DNA of 64,000 nucleotides from a virus (Duplodnaviria; Heunggongvirae; Uroviricota; Caudoviricetes), in IMG/VR virus record IMGVR_UViG_3300012347_000377, positions 160,001-224,000 of that record. The stretch is one strand, 5' to 3'. Each line of letters begins with the position of its first letter. Position 1 is the first letter of the stretch. Of the stretch, positions 20,090 to 28,789 are shown one piece after another. The position numbers and the translations under genes are program-made. The notes under the pieces were generated by a model. It was not told the origin of the DNA. It made no database searches and saw only the letters and a program-made list of their open reading frames with translations.

Positions 20090-21367
20090 ATGATTATAGT
20101 AGAATCTCAAAAAGAGATAGGTGATTTTTTAAACCAATGGGAAACTAAATCCTCATTGGTTATTCCTATTTGGGCCGATTTGGAATGTCATCCTATGAAT
20201 ACTCATTTGGCGTTCTTATATGTGAGATTTACCGAAGGAACTTATATTATTCCATTTGATCACAACGATTGTGAAAAAATCCAAATTGATTTATCTAAAT
20301 CTACCCAACAAAAATGGGTATGGAATAAGAAAGGTATTTTACAAACTCCAATCAATTTACAAAACATCTACGATATACAAAGTCAATCGTTCTTCATTCA
20401 TAATAAACTAATCGATTTAAACACCCAATTAGAACCTATAACGAACTTCTATACTCGTTTGGGATTACGTGATGGATTAGGTAAATCAATCCCTATAATG
20501 AAGTGGATTGAGGTTTTAAATGGTATTACGAATGGATGGTCATTTTTACCATTAAATGAGAAAAGTGGTAAAATTGAGTGGATTGATGATACGATGATTC
20601 CTATCCTTTCAGAGATTGAGAAAATGGGCATCCACGTCGCCACCGAAAAATTTTTTGATAGATGGCCACATAATTCCAAACACTTACACAATGCTATCAT
20701 TTGGAGTGAATATAACCCCTATACCCTTACCTCACGTCCCTCTAACCGACACGGAGGTATAAACTTTGGTGCGTTGAATAAAAAGGATGGATCGAGAGAA
20801 GTATTCATTCCAAGAGAAGGAACAATATTCTTACAATTCGATTATGATGCATACCACGTCCGAATTATTGGTAAGTTGATTGGATACGATTTACCAACAA
20901 CCTCCGTTCACCAATGGTTAGCAGACCAATATGGATGTCCTTATGATGAATCCAAAGGAAGAACATTCCGAATCCTTTATGGGGGTGTAAGTGATGAAGA
21001 TAAACAAATTCCGTTTTTTAAGGAGGTTGATGATTTCATCCAACGGGTCTATTCCGAATCCCAACAAAGAGGATACATCCTAACCCCAAAGGGAAGGAAA
21101 ATACCTCTCCATTGGATTGAAGGAGAAAACCCCCAAAAGGTATTTAACTATTTATTACAAGCAACGGAAACGGAGTTTAATATGGAGGTCTTAAAAAGAT
21201 TAAAGGAAGGTAATCACCCACTACCTATATTATATACCTACGACTCCTTTTTATTTGAGTATGGATTAAGTTGGGACACTGAACCGGCTAAGAGGATTAA
21301 GTCCGTTCTCGAAAGTTTTGGATTTCCCATAAAAGCGAGTTGGGGAACGGATTACTCAAAAGTTTAA
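20090..21367 (+). CDS. Short divergent family A DNA polymerase-like protein
   Basis: TSRPSN, motif A FDYDAYHVR, motif B KGRTFRILYGG, NYLLQATE, motif C YTYDSFLFE. Confidence 0.8.
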   Translation: MIIVESQKEIGDFLNQWETKSSLVIPIWADLECHPMNTHLAFLYVRFTEGTYIIPFDHNDCEKIQIDLSKSTQQKWVWNKKGILQTPINLQNIYDIQSQSFFIHNKLIDLNTQLEPITNFYTRLGLRDGLGKSIPIMKWIEVLNGITNGWSFLPLNEKSGKIEWIDDTMIPILSEIEKMGIHVATEKFFDRWPHNSKHLHNAIIWSEYNPYTLTSRPSNRHGGINFGALNKKDGSREVFIPREGTIFLQFDYDAYHVRIIGKLIGYDLPTTSVHQWLADQYGCPYDESKGRTFRILYGGVSDEDKQIPFFKEVDDFIQRVYSESQQRGYILTPKGRKIPLHWIEGENPQKVFNYLLQATETEFNMEVLKRLKEGNHPLPILYTYDSFLFEYGLSWDTEPAKRIKSVLESFGFPIKASWGTDYSKV

Positions 21368-21397
21368 TATTTATATACTAAGACACTTTAGTATATT

Positions 21398-22027
21398 ATG
21401 AAAAAATTTTTTACATTAAATTTATTATTATTCTTTGCTCTAATTTCATTTGGGCAAGATGTTGTAATTTTAAAACACCAAAATTACACCTCACATTTCA
21501 GTAAATCAAAAAAATATCCGGTAATGGTTCAATGGGAAACAACTACTGCAATGGTAGGATGTCCGACTCCGTTAAAACGAAAAGATAATTTTAAACCCGA
21601 CCCACAATTACCAAACGAAACTAATATTGGAGCGGATTATGTGAAAAGTGGATATGATAGAGGACACGTAATGCCAGCCGCAGATAATTTATGTCAAACT
21701 CCAATCGTACAAGATGAATGTTTTTATTTTTCAAATATGATTCCACAAACCCATAGATTAAATGCAGGAGATTGGAAATCATTGGAAACAGCGACTCGTA
21801 ATTGGGCAATGATAAGTGCAAAGGTAAGAGTGTGGAGTGGTGCAGTAGGAGAACAAAAAAAGATAGGTTCAATATCAGTTCCGACACAATGTTGGAAAGT
21901 AGTAGAAATAGCAGGTAAGAAAACGGCATATCTATTCAATAATGATTTATCAAATCCAGATGGGTTTGCTAACAACGAAGTTCCATTAGCACAAATCGAA
22001 AAACTAACAGGGTTTAAGTTTAAATAA
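21398..22027 (+). CDS. Secreted DNA/RNA non-specific endonuclease (NucA/EndoG family)
   Basis: Signal peptide MKKFFTLNLLLFFALISFG|Q; YDRGH, NMIPQ..LN...W..LE active-site motifs. Confidence 0.9.
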   Translation: MKKFFTLNLLLFFALISFGQDVVILKHQNYTSHFSKSKKYPVMVQWETTTAMVGCPTPLKRKDNFKPDPQLPNETNIGADYVKSGYDRGHVMPAADNLCQTPIVQDECFYFSNMIPQTHRLNAGDWKSLETATRNWAMISAKVRVWSGAVGEQKKIGSISVPTQCWKVVEIAGKKTAYLFNNDLSNPDGFANNEVPLAQIEKLTGFKFK

Positions 22028-22031
22028 GATA

Positions 22032-22295
22032 ATGAAAGATTGGGGAGAATTTCTTAAAGATAATTATGATGGTAGAAAACCTCTAAGTGAAGTCACTAGA
22101 GATTATTACCTTTATATGCAACAAGAAGAAGTTCCTCAATTACCTGATTATGGGTTTCTTTTAAGTTTTTACAATTATGTAAAGAGTGGGGGTAGTTTAG
22201 AACAAACTACTCCCATTCAACCATTGGAAGGATTCTTATTGTTAGAAACTGGCGGAATGATATTACAAGAAAATGGGGATAAAATATATTTATAG
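22032..22295 (+). CDS. Hypothetical, probably structural
   Basis: C-terminal LLLETGGMILQENGDKIYL motif of the kind seen in phage structural proteins. Confidence 0.6.
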   Translation: MKDWGEFLKDNYDGRKPLSEVTRDYYLYMQQEEVPQLPDYGFLLSFYNYVKSGGSLEQTTPIQPLEGFLLLETGGMILQENGDKIYL

Positions 22296-22298
22296 ATT

Positions 22299-23327
22299 AT
22301 GGCAGATAAACGAATATCAGATTTAAATTTACATACATCACTTGAACTAAGTGATTCATTACCCATTATCAATAATAATGAAACCAAAAAAACTACATAT
22401 GGTTCGTTGTATTATGGTATTAGAGATGGCGTAGTAAGTGGCTCACAGCAAATATCTGATTTTGGGTTTGCAACCACTGGTTCTAATGTATTTATCGGAA
22501 ATGAAACCATAAGTGGTTCATTCTTAGTAAGTGGTTCAACTACTCAAATTGGAAATAATACATTGGAAGGTAATACTCTTTTAGTTGGAACAATTGGAAT
22601 TACAGGTAACTCTACTTTAACCGGTTCATTCTTAGTAAGTGGTTCAACTACTCAAATTGGAAATAATACCTTATTGGGTAATACTCAATTATATGGTAAT
22701 ATAGATGTAAGTGGTTCAACTAAATTTCATAATCACTTAATTGAAATGACTGGTTCTATGTTTACAAGTGGTTCGCAAGTAATCACCGGTTCATTGGATA
22801 TTAACGGAAACATAAATGTAGCAAGTGGTTCTGCGTTTTATCGTTGGGGGAATAAATTATTCAACTATGGTGCATTTTCCGATACAACAATACAAACTGC
22901 ATCGGTAGCACAAGAAGATACTGAATTACTTATGAGATTTAATACTACCGATATTGGTGGCCATGGTATTTATATTGCAAGTGGTAGTAGAGCATATGTT
23001 GAAAATACAGGAATATATAATATACAATTTTCAGCACAATTTGATAGATTTAGTTCAAGTGGTATAAAAGTATTATCAATCTGGTTGAAAAAAGATGGTA
23101 ATAATGTTCCAAATTCATGTACTGATATTGTAGTATCAGGTGGTGCAAGTGAAGGAGCAGTGGTAGCAGCATGGAATTTTGTATATCCAATTGAAGCAGG
23201 TCATTATGTTGAATTAGCTTGGAGCACACCAGATCATAATATAGGAATATCCTCACTTGGAACAAGAACTACACCAATAAGACCAGCAGTTCCATCTACT
23301 ATATTAACATTGACACAAATAGCATAA
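22299..23327 (+). CDS. Fibre-like structural protein, SGS-rich, with C-terminal beta-sandwich
   Basis: MADKRISDL...NETKKTT N-terminus, 12 (S/T)GS motifs, C1q/BclA-like C-terminus (GIYNIQFSAQ...YVELAW). Confidence 0.65.
   Translation: MADKRISDLNLHTSLELSDSLPIINNNETKKTTYGSLYYGIRDGVVSGSQQISDFGFATTGSNVFIGNETISGSFLVSGSTTQIGNNTLEGNTLLVGTIGITGNSTLTGSFLVSGSTTQIGNNTLLGNTQLYGNIDVSGSTKFHNHLIEMTGSMFTSGSQVITGSLDINGNINVASGSAFYRWGNKLFNYGAFSDTTIQTASVAQEDTELLMRFNTTDIGGHGIYIASGSRAYVENTGIYNIQFSAQFDRFSSSGIKVLSIWLKKDGNNVPNSCTDIVVSGGASEGAVVAAWNFVYPIEAGHYVELAWSTPDHNIGISSLGTRTTPIRPAVPSTILTLTQIA
22515..22669 (+). repeat. 47-bp perfect direct repeat (22515-22561 and 22623-22669)
   Basis: GGTTCATTCTTAGTAAGTGGTTCAACTACTCAAATTGGAAATAATAC occurs twice, 108 bp apart. 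Confidence 0.9.
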
Positions 23328-23331
23328 TAAA

Positions 23332-23363
23332 TTTGGATATGTCAAATATTATTCGTATATTTG
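23332..23363 (+). promoter_or_regulatory. Bacteroidetes-type -33/-7 promoter
   Basis: TTTG-N20-TATATTTG. Confidence 0.8.
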
Positions 23364-23386
23364 TAATATCATAAAAAAGTAAAAAA

Positions 23387-25597
23387 ATGCAACAAGAGAA
23401 TTTTATTTCACAACTATTAAACGAACTTTCATATAGATGTAATGAAGGCTATCCAATTTTGTCTAAATCGGAACACATTCAAATCATTTCAGAAATCTTA
23501 GTTGAATGGGGATTGGGTGATATTAAAGAAGAATTGATTCAAAATTTAACTGAAGGACCAAACGATACTGAAGGACCTGAAAGTAAATTTACTCATACTG
23601 GTGGTGGAACATATGTGAAGAAGGGTGATGAAAAGAAACAAAATGCTCAAAAATATACTAAAGATGATAATGGAACGATGAGACCAATATCTGCTGATGA
23701 ATATGAAAAAATAAAAGCAAAACAAGGTGAAGAAGGTGAAACTGCCGCTCAACCTAAAAACGCTCAAACTTCTGCACAAAGTAATAGTGGTGAAGATGGT
23801 GGTGCACCTCAAGCCCCACCTGTAAATATCTATACTGGTGCTGATAATAAATCTACCGAAGAACGATATAAGAAAGAGGCCGAAGCAGCAAAAGATACTC
23901 CAATTTCATTAAATTCGGATGAACCTAAATACGATAAACAATCTTCGGTTGTTTTGAAACGTGTAAAAGAACAAATCGAAAAAAATAAAACCACATTATC
24001 ATCAGATCAATACGATATTACAAACAAATGTTATGATTTAACTCAAAAGTTATTTGATGAATCAATTTCGGATGATGTAAAAATTGAATTAGCTGATAAA
24101 ATTAGAACTGAATATAAAATTACTACTAACGCAGGTGGTAGTAAATATTATATTAATGTATTGGGTGGGAAACGAAAAGTATTTGGTGATGGAACTAAAT
24201 CAACCGAAGTTTTAGTTAATCAACTATTAAAATATACACAATTAGATCAAGTAGATTTTTCAGGTATTAAGAAAAATTTAACGGCAGCCGCTAAACCCGA
24301 TTTAGGTAAAGAATTTGAAATCAAACCAAAAGATGATGATAGAGTAAAGGCTTTATTCCAATCATCACCAGTGTTGTCAAGAATTAGAGAAGGTCAACAT
24401 GGTATATTTGCACCAAAAGATGAAAATGGTAAAATATTATATCCATCTAAAACTTATACTAAGGAATATCTACAGCAATCATTTGATAATCCAGCGTTAA
24501 ATAAAACTATTGAATTAGCAAAAGAATATCTTTCTAAGGGTAATTTATCTGCAGAATACATTGATGCGTTAGAAAATCATAAAAAACGTTTAAGTGGAAT
24601 GTTGGAAAGTTATAAAGCTCCAAGTGAAGATTTGGCTAATTCAATAGCAGATTCATATAACGATTTAATGGTTGATTTGAACAACGCAGATTCTGAAGCA
24701 GCTTCGGCAGTAATGAAACAACTTGCAGAGAATCGTTTATATGAAGAATCACTTGCAAGAGGTGAAGAAGTTTATTTACCATCAAATGGTTCATTTCCCG
24801 GTGGTGATATTATTAGAGTAGGTGGTGATAATGATATTGAAACTGTCTCATTAGTAAGTTGTAAATTTGGTAAAGAAGGTAGAATCTACGGATGTCCTGC
24901 AAATATGAAAGCTATAACTCAATTACATCCCGATGAATCAAAAAGAGATACATTTGGACAATATGTAGGTGAAAAAGGTTATACCCTAATGGTTAAGGAT
25001 GAGTTGATTAAAGGTGAAACATCTGAAGAAACTCAAAGTAAAATAAAAGATGTTTTATCCAAATCATTAAACACTCAAGCATTATCAGATTTATTTACAG
25101 ATGAAGAAATGGATTCGGTGAGTAAGATATGTAGTGATTACTTTACTAAGTTAGAACAAACTCGTACTAAATTAGAAAGTGAATTGGGTAATGTAAACGC
25201 AGATGCATTCTGGGGAGAGTTCCAAAAAGAATTGGGTAAATTCAAAAAAGAATATCAATTATCAATACAAAAACTCGTAACTACTGATAAGTTGGAGAAA
25301 TTGATTGGAAAAAACAATGTTCCTAATTTTAAAACAAGATTAAGTCCTGATGTATTTTTATCATCAGTTTTATTAACTGAAAATATTCGTAGTTCGATGG
25401 GATATGGATTATCACATAATAAACAATATTATGATGAAAACGGACAACCTCACTCAAAAACCGATGTTGGAACAGATGATCCAGATGACTACTCATTAAC
25501 TATTCGCAACGAAAGAACGGCGGGTAGAAATGGTGGTGGTATTCAAATGTCATTTTCAGCCGATGGCAAACGTTCTACTGGAGAGATTTTACCTTAA
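23387..25597 (+). CDS. Large hypothetical protein with possible PD-(D/E)xK-like nuclease motif
   Basis: 736 aa; E...FPGGDII...VSCKFG; low-complexity linker near the N-terminus. Confidence 0.55.
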   Translation: MQQENFISQLLNELSYRCNEGYPILSKSEHIQIISEILVEWGLGDIKEELIQNLTEGPNDTEGPESKFTHTGGGTYVKKGDEKKQNAQKYTKDDNGTMRPISADEYEKIKAKQGEEGETAAQPKNAQTSAQSNSGEDGGAPQAPPVNIYTGADNKSTEERYKKEAEAAKDTPISLNSDEPKYDKQSSVVLKRVKEQIEKNKTTLSSDQYDITNKCYDLTQKLFDESISDDVKIELADKIRTEYKITTNAGGSKYYINVLGGKRKVFGDGTKSTEVLVNQLLKYTQLDQVDFSGIKKNLTAAAKPDLGKEFEIKPKDDDRVKALFQSSPVLSRIREGQHGIFAPKDENGKILYPSKTYTKEYLQQSFDNPALNKTIELAKEYLSKGNLSAEYIDALENHKKRLSGMLESYKAPSEDLANSIADSYNDLMVDLNNADSEAASAVMKQLAENRLYEESLARGEEVYLPSNGSFPGGDIIRVGGDNDIETVSLVSCKFGKEGRIYGCPANMKAITQLHPDESKRDTFGQYVGEKGYTLMVKDELIKGETSEETQSKIKDVLSKSLNTQALSDLFTDEEMDSVSKICSDYFTKLEQTRTKLESELGNVNADAFWGEFQKELGKFKKEYQLSIQKLVTTDKLEKLIGKNNVPNFKTRLSPDVFLSSVLLTENIRSSMGYGLSHNKQYYDENGQPHSKTDVGTDDPDDYSLTIRNERTAGRNGGGIQMSFSADGKRSTGEILP

Positions 25598-25661
25598 AAT
25601 CATACTTTCGTTTCAAAAAAACATACTTATAGTCAAACCAATATAATGGAGGAGAGACTAT

Positions 25662-26063
25662 ATGCAAACACAATTATTGTGTTCCTTTACAACAAAGGAT
25701 GAATTACAAAATGTATTACAGAATATTAAACAAACATATAAAATAGTTTATAACTATATCTACGTCTTACAAAATAAAAGTAATTTAGAAGAATTATTTA
25801 TTACCTATAATATTGATACTCAATTCAAACCATCACATCCACTAAAGGATACGATTTTGGTTCATAGAAAAAAACAATCAAATACTCTATATACAATTAA
25901 TGCACTTAACGAATTAGTTAAAGAATTAAATGGGGGAGTTGCTGATAAGAATTTTACTATTGATTGGGATAATTACAAAAATTGTATCATCGTAACGAAT
26001 ACCGAAGGAACTAAGAAAATCAGTACAAGGATATTTGAAGTTATTGAATTAACTCAAAACTAA
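25662..26063 (+). CDS. Hypothetical protein
   Basis: 133 aa with GGAG upstream; HRKKQSNTLYTINALN. Confidence 0.75.
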   Translation: MQTQLLCSFTTKDELQNVLQNIKQTYKIVYNYIYVLQNKSNLEELFITYNIDTQFKPSHPLKDTILVHRKKQSNTLYTINALNELVKELNGGVADKNFTIDWDNYKNCIIVTNTEGTKKISTRIFEVIELTQN

Positions 26064-26079
26064 TCAATTAAATACCAAC

Positions 26080-26118
26080 ATATTATAACCCATTGAATTT
26101 CAATGGGTTATTTTTTTG
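26080..26118 (+). terminator. Terminator (near-identical to 18167)
   Basis: ATAACCCATTGA-ATT-TCAATGGGTTAT followed by a T-run. Confidence 0.85.
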
Positions 26119-26140
26119 TCTAAAAATAATGGATAAAATA

Positions 26141-26172
26141 TTTGGAAAATTGAAAAAAAGGTTGTATATTAG
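26141..26172 (+). promoter_or_regulatory. Bacteroidetes-type -33/-7 promoter (TAnnTTAG variant)
   Basis: TTTG-N20-TATATTAG. Confidence 0.7.
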
Positions 26173-26210
26173 CTGTATAAAATAAGAGATAAACTTTAAA
26201 CCCCATAAAA

Positions 26211-26555
26211 ATGATAGATTTTAGTAGAGTTCCCGCTGGTCAAATAATGGATGTGACAGTTTCATTAGGTAAAGCAACTAAAACGAAACGATTAAAGTTG
26301 TGTAAATTAAATACACGTACCATTCTTTTTATTGAAGTAGATAAAACACTTCGAATAAATACCTTTTATAAATTCCCAGTCAAAGAAGCTAGTAGATTTT
26401 TAGATAAGTTAGACCCACCTGTCTTAGAATTCAAAAATGGTGTTATGCCAGAAAAGTGGGAATCTGCGTGGGATTCAATTGGAACACGTCCTTCAGTTGC
26501 TTGGACACCTAAACCAACTTACAATTATGGTGGTTCAGCCCATTTTAGAACTTAA
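26211..26555 (+). CDS. Hypothetical early protein
   Basis: 114 aa, directly after a promoter. Confidence 0.7.
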   Translation: MIDFSRVPAGQIMDVTVSLGKATKTKRLKLCKLNTRTILFIEVDKTLRINTFYKFPVKEASRFLDKLDPPVLEFKNGVMPEKWESAWDSIGTRPSVAWTPKPTYNYGGSAHFRT

Positions 26556-26572
26556 AAATAAGTGAAAAATAA

Positions 26573-26604
26573 TTTGGAATTGTAAAATATTTTTTGTATA
26601 TTTG
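26573..26604 (+). promoter_or_regulatory. Bacteroidetes-type -33/-7 promoter
   Basis: TTTG-N20-TATATTTG. Confidence 0.8.
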
Positions 26605-26622
26605 AATATAAGATTGAGAGAA

Positions 26623-26835
26623 ATGATAAAGACAAAACAAAACAGAGGTATTGAGATTGATTTAACCGGTTCACAAGGAAACGCTTTTTTCTTATTAGGA
26701 ACTGCAGTGAATTTGGCAAGACAATTGGGATTAAACGCTGAACAGATTTGTGAAGAAATGAAAGCCAAAGATTATGAACATTTGGTTAATACATTTGATA
26801 AACATTTTGGAAATATTGTAACCCTTTATAGATAA
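26623..26835 (+). CDS. Small phage hypothetical protein (start revised to ATG 26623)
   Basis: IDLTGSQGNAFFLLG...DYEHLV; the track start lies inside the promoter. Confidence 0.75.
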   Translation: MIKTKQNRGIEIDLTGSQGNAFFLLGTAVNLARQLGLNAEQICEEMKAKDYEHLVNTFDKHFGNIVTLYR

Positions 26836-26839
26836 GATT

Positions 26840-27034
26840 ATGAGCACATTTGATGGTAAGATTTTTTGGAGAGAAGATTTTGATGGTGAATCCGCACAAG
26901 GTGGTATTTTTACTCGTTCGGTAGATTTGAAAAAGTTTATGGAATTAGTTGAGGCTAATGAAAATCAGAATGGCGGTGAAGTTATTGGTTTACGCTTTGA
27001 TGAAAATAATTTAGAATTAATTGTTAAACGATAA
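26840..27034 (+). CDS. Hypothetical protein
   Basis: 64-aa tightly packed ORF. Confidence 0.65.
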   Translation: MSTFDGKIFWREDFDGESAQGGIFTRSVDLKKFMELVEANENQNGGEVIGLRFDENNLELIVKR

Positions 27035-27045
27035 AATATAAAAGT

Positions 27046-27303
27046 ATGAATTACGATGAATTGAGAAATCAATACAAACAAAAGGCAATTGAATTTGCTA
27101 AAGATTGGAATGTGGAAGTGTCAAATCACAATGTGGATATTATGATTTCCATTATGCAACAAAGGGATGGTATTATGACCGGTGGTGGATTTGTAGATGC
27201 GGTATGTAAGAACAACTTAGTTGAGGCGGTTTGTAGAGCAGATGGGGATAATCTTAGAGTTATTAAATTATTAGCATTAACTTATTCTAATTGTCACCTT
27301 TAA
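27046..27303 (+). CDS. Hypothetical protein
   Basis: 85 aa; GGGFVDAVCKNNLVEAVCRAD. Confidence 0.7.
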   Translation: MNYDELRNQYKQKAIEFAKDWNVEVSNHNVDIMISIMQQRDGIMTGGGFVDAVCKNNLVEAVCRADGDNLRVIKLLALTYSNCHL

Positions 27304-27307
27304 TAGT

Positions 27308-27565
27308 ATGAAAGAATCATTAAAATTATATATTGGAATTGTAGTAATATTTGCTGGAATGATAGGATTGATTCGATATGTTGTCAGTAAAGCAAATGAA
27401 AAATACGATAACGCAACGTTTCGAATTGAGAGTGGTAATGATAAAATTTATTACGCAAATACATTTAGAATGTATGGTAAAGGAATTACGTTTGATTCCG
27501 TTGATGGTAAGAAGGTCATCTTAACGGGTGATATAGATATTGAATATATTAACAAAGAAAAATAA
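27308..27565 (+). CDS. Hypothetical membrane-anchored protein
   Basis: N-terminal hydrophobic helix LYIGIVVIFAGMIGLI. Confidence 0.7.
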   Translation: MKESLKLYIGIVVIFAGMIGLIRYVVSKANEKYDNATFRIESGNDKIYYANTFRMYGKGITFDSVDGKKVILTGDIDIEYINKEK

Positions 27566-27576
27566 AACATAAAATT

Positions 27577-27813
27577 ATGGCAAGTATTGACATTGATATT
27601 GATGATATTCTATGGGGAATGTCTGATAGGGAAAAACAAGAATTAGTAGATGACCTTTATGAAGATGGGTTTATTGCTAAAAAAGATGATGATGCTAAAA
27701 GCACTGATGATGAATGGAATGAAGAAATTCATAAACTATTCAACAGCAAATGGAGATTATCCAAAGAAGATGAAGAAACAATTTTAAACATAACCAAAAA
27801 AATTATAGCATAA
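27577..27813 (+). CDS. Acidic hypothetical protein
   Basis: 78 aa, D/E-rich. Confidence 0.7.
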   Translation: MASIDIDIDDILWGMSDREKQELVDDLYEDGFIAKKDDDAKSTDDEWNEEIHKLFNSKWRLSKEDEETILNITKKIIA

Positions 27814-28271
27814 TGGGATTAGATAGTTATTTGTACAAGAAAACTTATATTAGAACCGAAGATTTTTACAACGAGGAATTTCGTAATGAGGTAATCGTTA
27901 AAACAGGTGGTGAGATTGATACTAAAATCAAACCAAACCGCATTAGATATATCGTTGAAGAAGTTGGATATTGGCGAAAGGCTAATCAAATCCATCGTTG
28001 GTTTGTGGAGAATGTTCAAAATGGAATCGATGAGTGTCAGAGTTCATATGTAAGTAGAGACAAATTAGAAGAATTGTTAGAACTTTGTAAAAAAGTTAAT
28101 GCAGATAATTCATTAGCAGAAGAATTATTACCAACAACAAGTGGATTCTTCTTTGGTGGAACTCAATATGATGAGTGGTATTATAACGATATTAATCATA
28201 CTATTGAAATCATCGAAGAATGTTTAGAAGATGATAGTGCGGATGAATTCGAATATAATGCAAGTTGGTAA
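27813..28271 (+). CDS. Phage hypothetical protein
   Basis: MGLDSYL...YWRKANQIHRWF...LPTTSGFFFG...YNASW, a pattern recurrent in phages. Confidence 0.8.
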   Translation: MGLDSYLYKKTYIRTEDFYNEEFRNEVIVKTGGEIDTKIKPNRIRYIVEEVGYWRKANQIHRWFVENVQNGIDECQSSYVSRDKLEELLELCKKVNADNSLAEELLPTTSGFFFGGTQYDEWYYNDINHTIEIIEECLEDDSADEFEYNASW

Positions 28272-28274
28272 TAT

Positions 28275-28415
28275 ATGAAAGTAATTTATCTAGCTCAGAC
28301 AATTGAATTGATTGGAAGTAAAAACCCACAATTTGCATCCCAATTAATTGAATCGGGTACCATCAAATATTTGGGTGAAACTCCCTACTTAGTAATTGAA
28401 GAGGATAGTGAATAA
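28275..28415 (+). CDS. 46-aa hypothetical (not in ORF track)
   Basis: MKVIYLAQTIELIGSKNPQFASQLIESGTIKYLGETPYLVIEEDSE; fills the gap exactly. Confidence 0.55.
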   Translation: MKVIYLAQTIELIGSKNPQFASQLIESGTIKYLGETPYLVIEEDSE

Positions 28416-28429
28416 TATTATCCTCTTTA

Positions 28430-28461
28430 TTTGGTAATATCAAAATAATTTCGTATCTTTG
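28430..28461 (+). promoter_or_regulatory. Bacteroidetes-type -33/-7 promoter
   Basis: TTTG-N20-TATCTTTG. Confidence 0.8.
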
Positions 28462-28489
28462 TAAAACAAAATAAATCAACTATAAACCA

Positions 28490-28786
28490 ATGAGTGCAAT
28501 TTTAAAAGAAACCCAAAATTTCAATGTAGTAAATTTCAATGATTTACAATTCAAACCACATCCGATGGGATTTGGTAAACAGGCAGTAGTTCAATTTTCA
28601 AATGGATATGGTGCTAGTGTAGTACAAGGACCTTATACCTATGGAGCTGATGCTGGGTTATACGAATTAGCTGTGTTTGGTAAAGATGGTCATATTACTT
28701 ATGATACTCCGATTACCGATGATGTAGTTGGTAGTATTAGTGAAGATGAAGTATCCGAAATCTTAGAAAAAATTCAAAATTTATAA
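28490..28786 (+). CDS. Phage hypothetical protein
   Basis: FSNGYGASVV...YG...GLYELAV pattern. Confidence 0.8.
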   Translation: MSAILKETQNFNVVNFNDLQFKPHPMGFGKQAVVQFSNGYGASVVQGPYTYGADAGLYELAVFGKDGHITYDTPITDDVVGSISEDEVSEILEKIQNL

Positions 28787-28789
28787 TAT

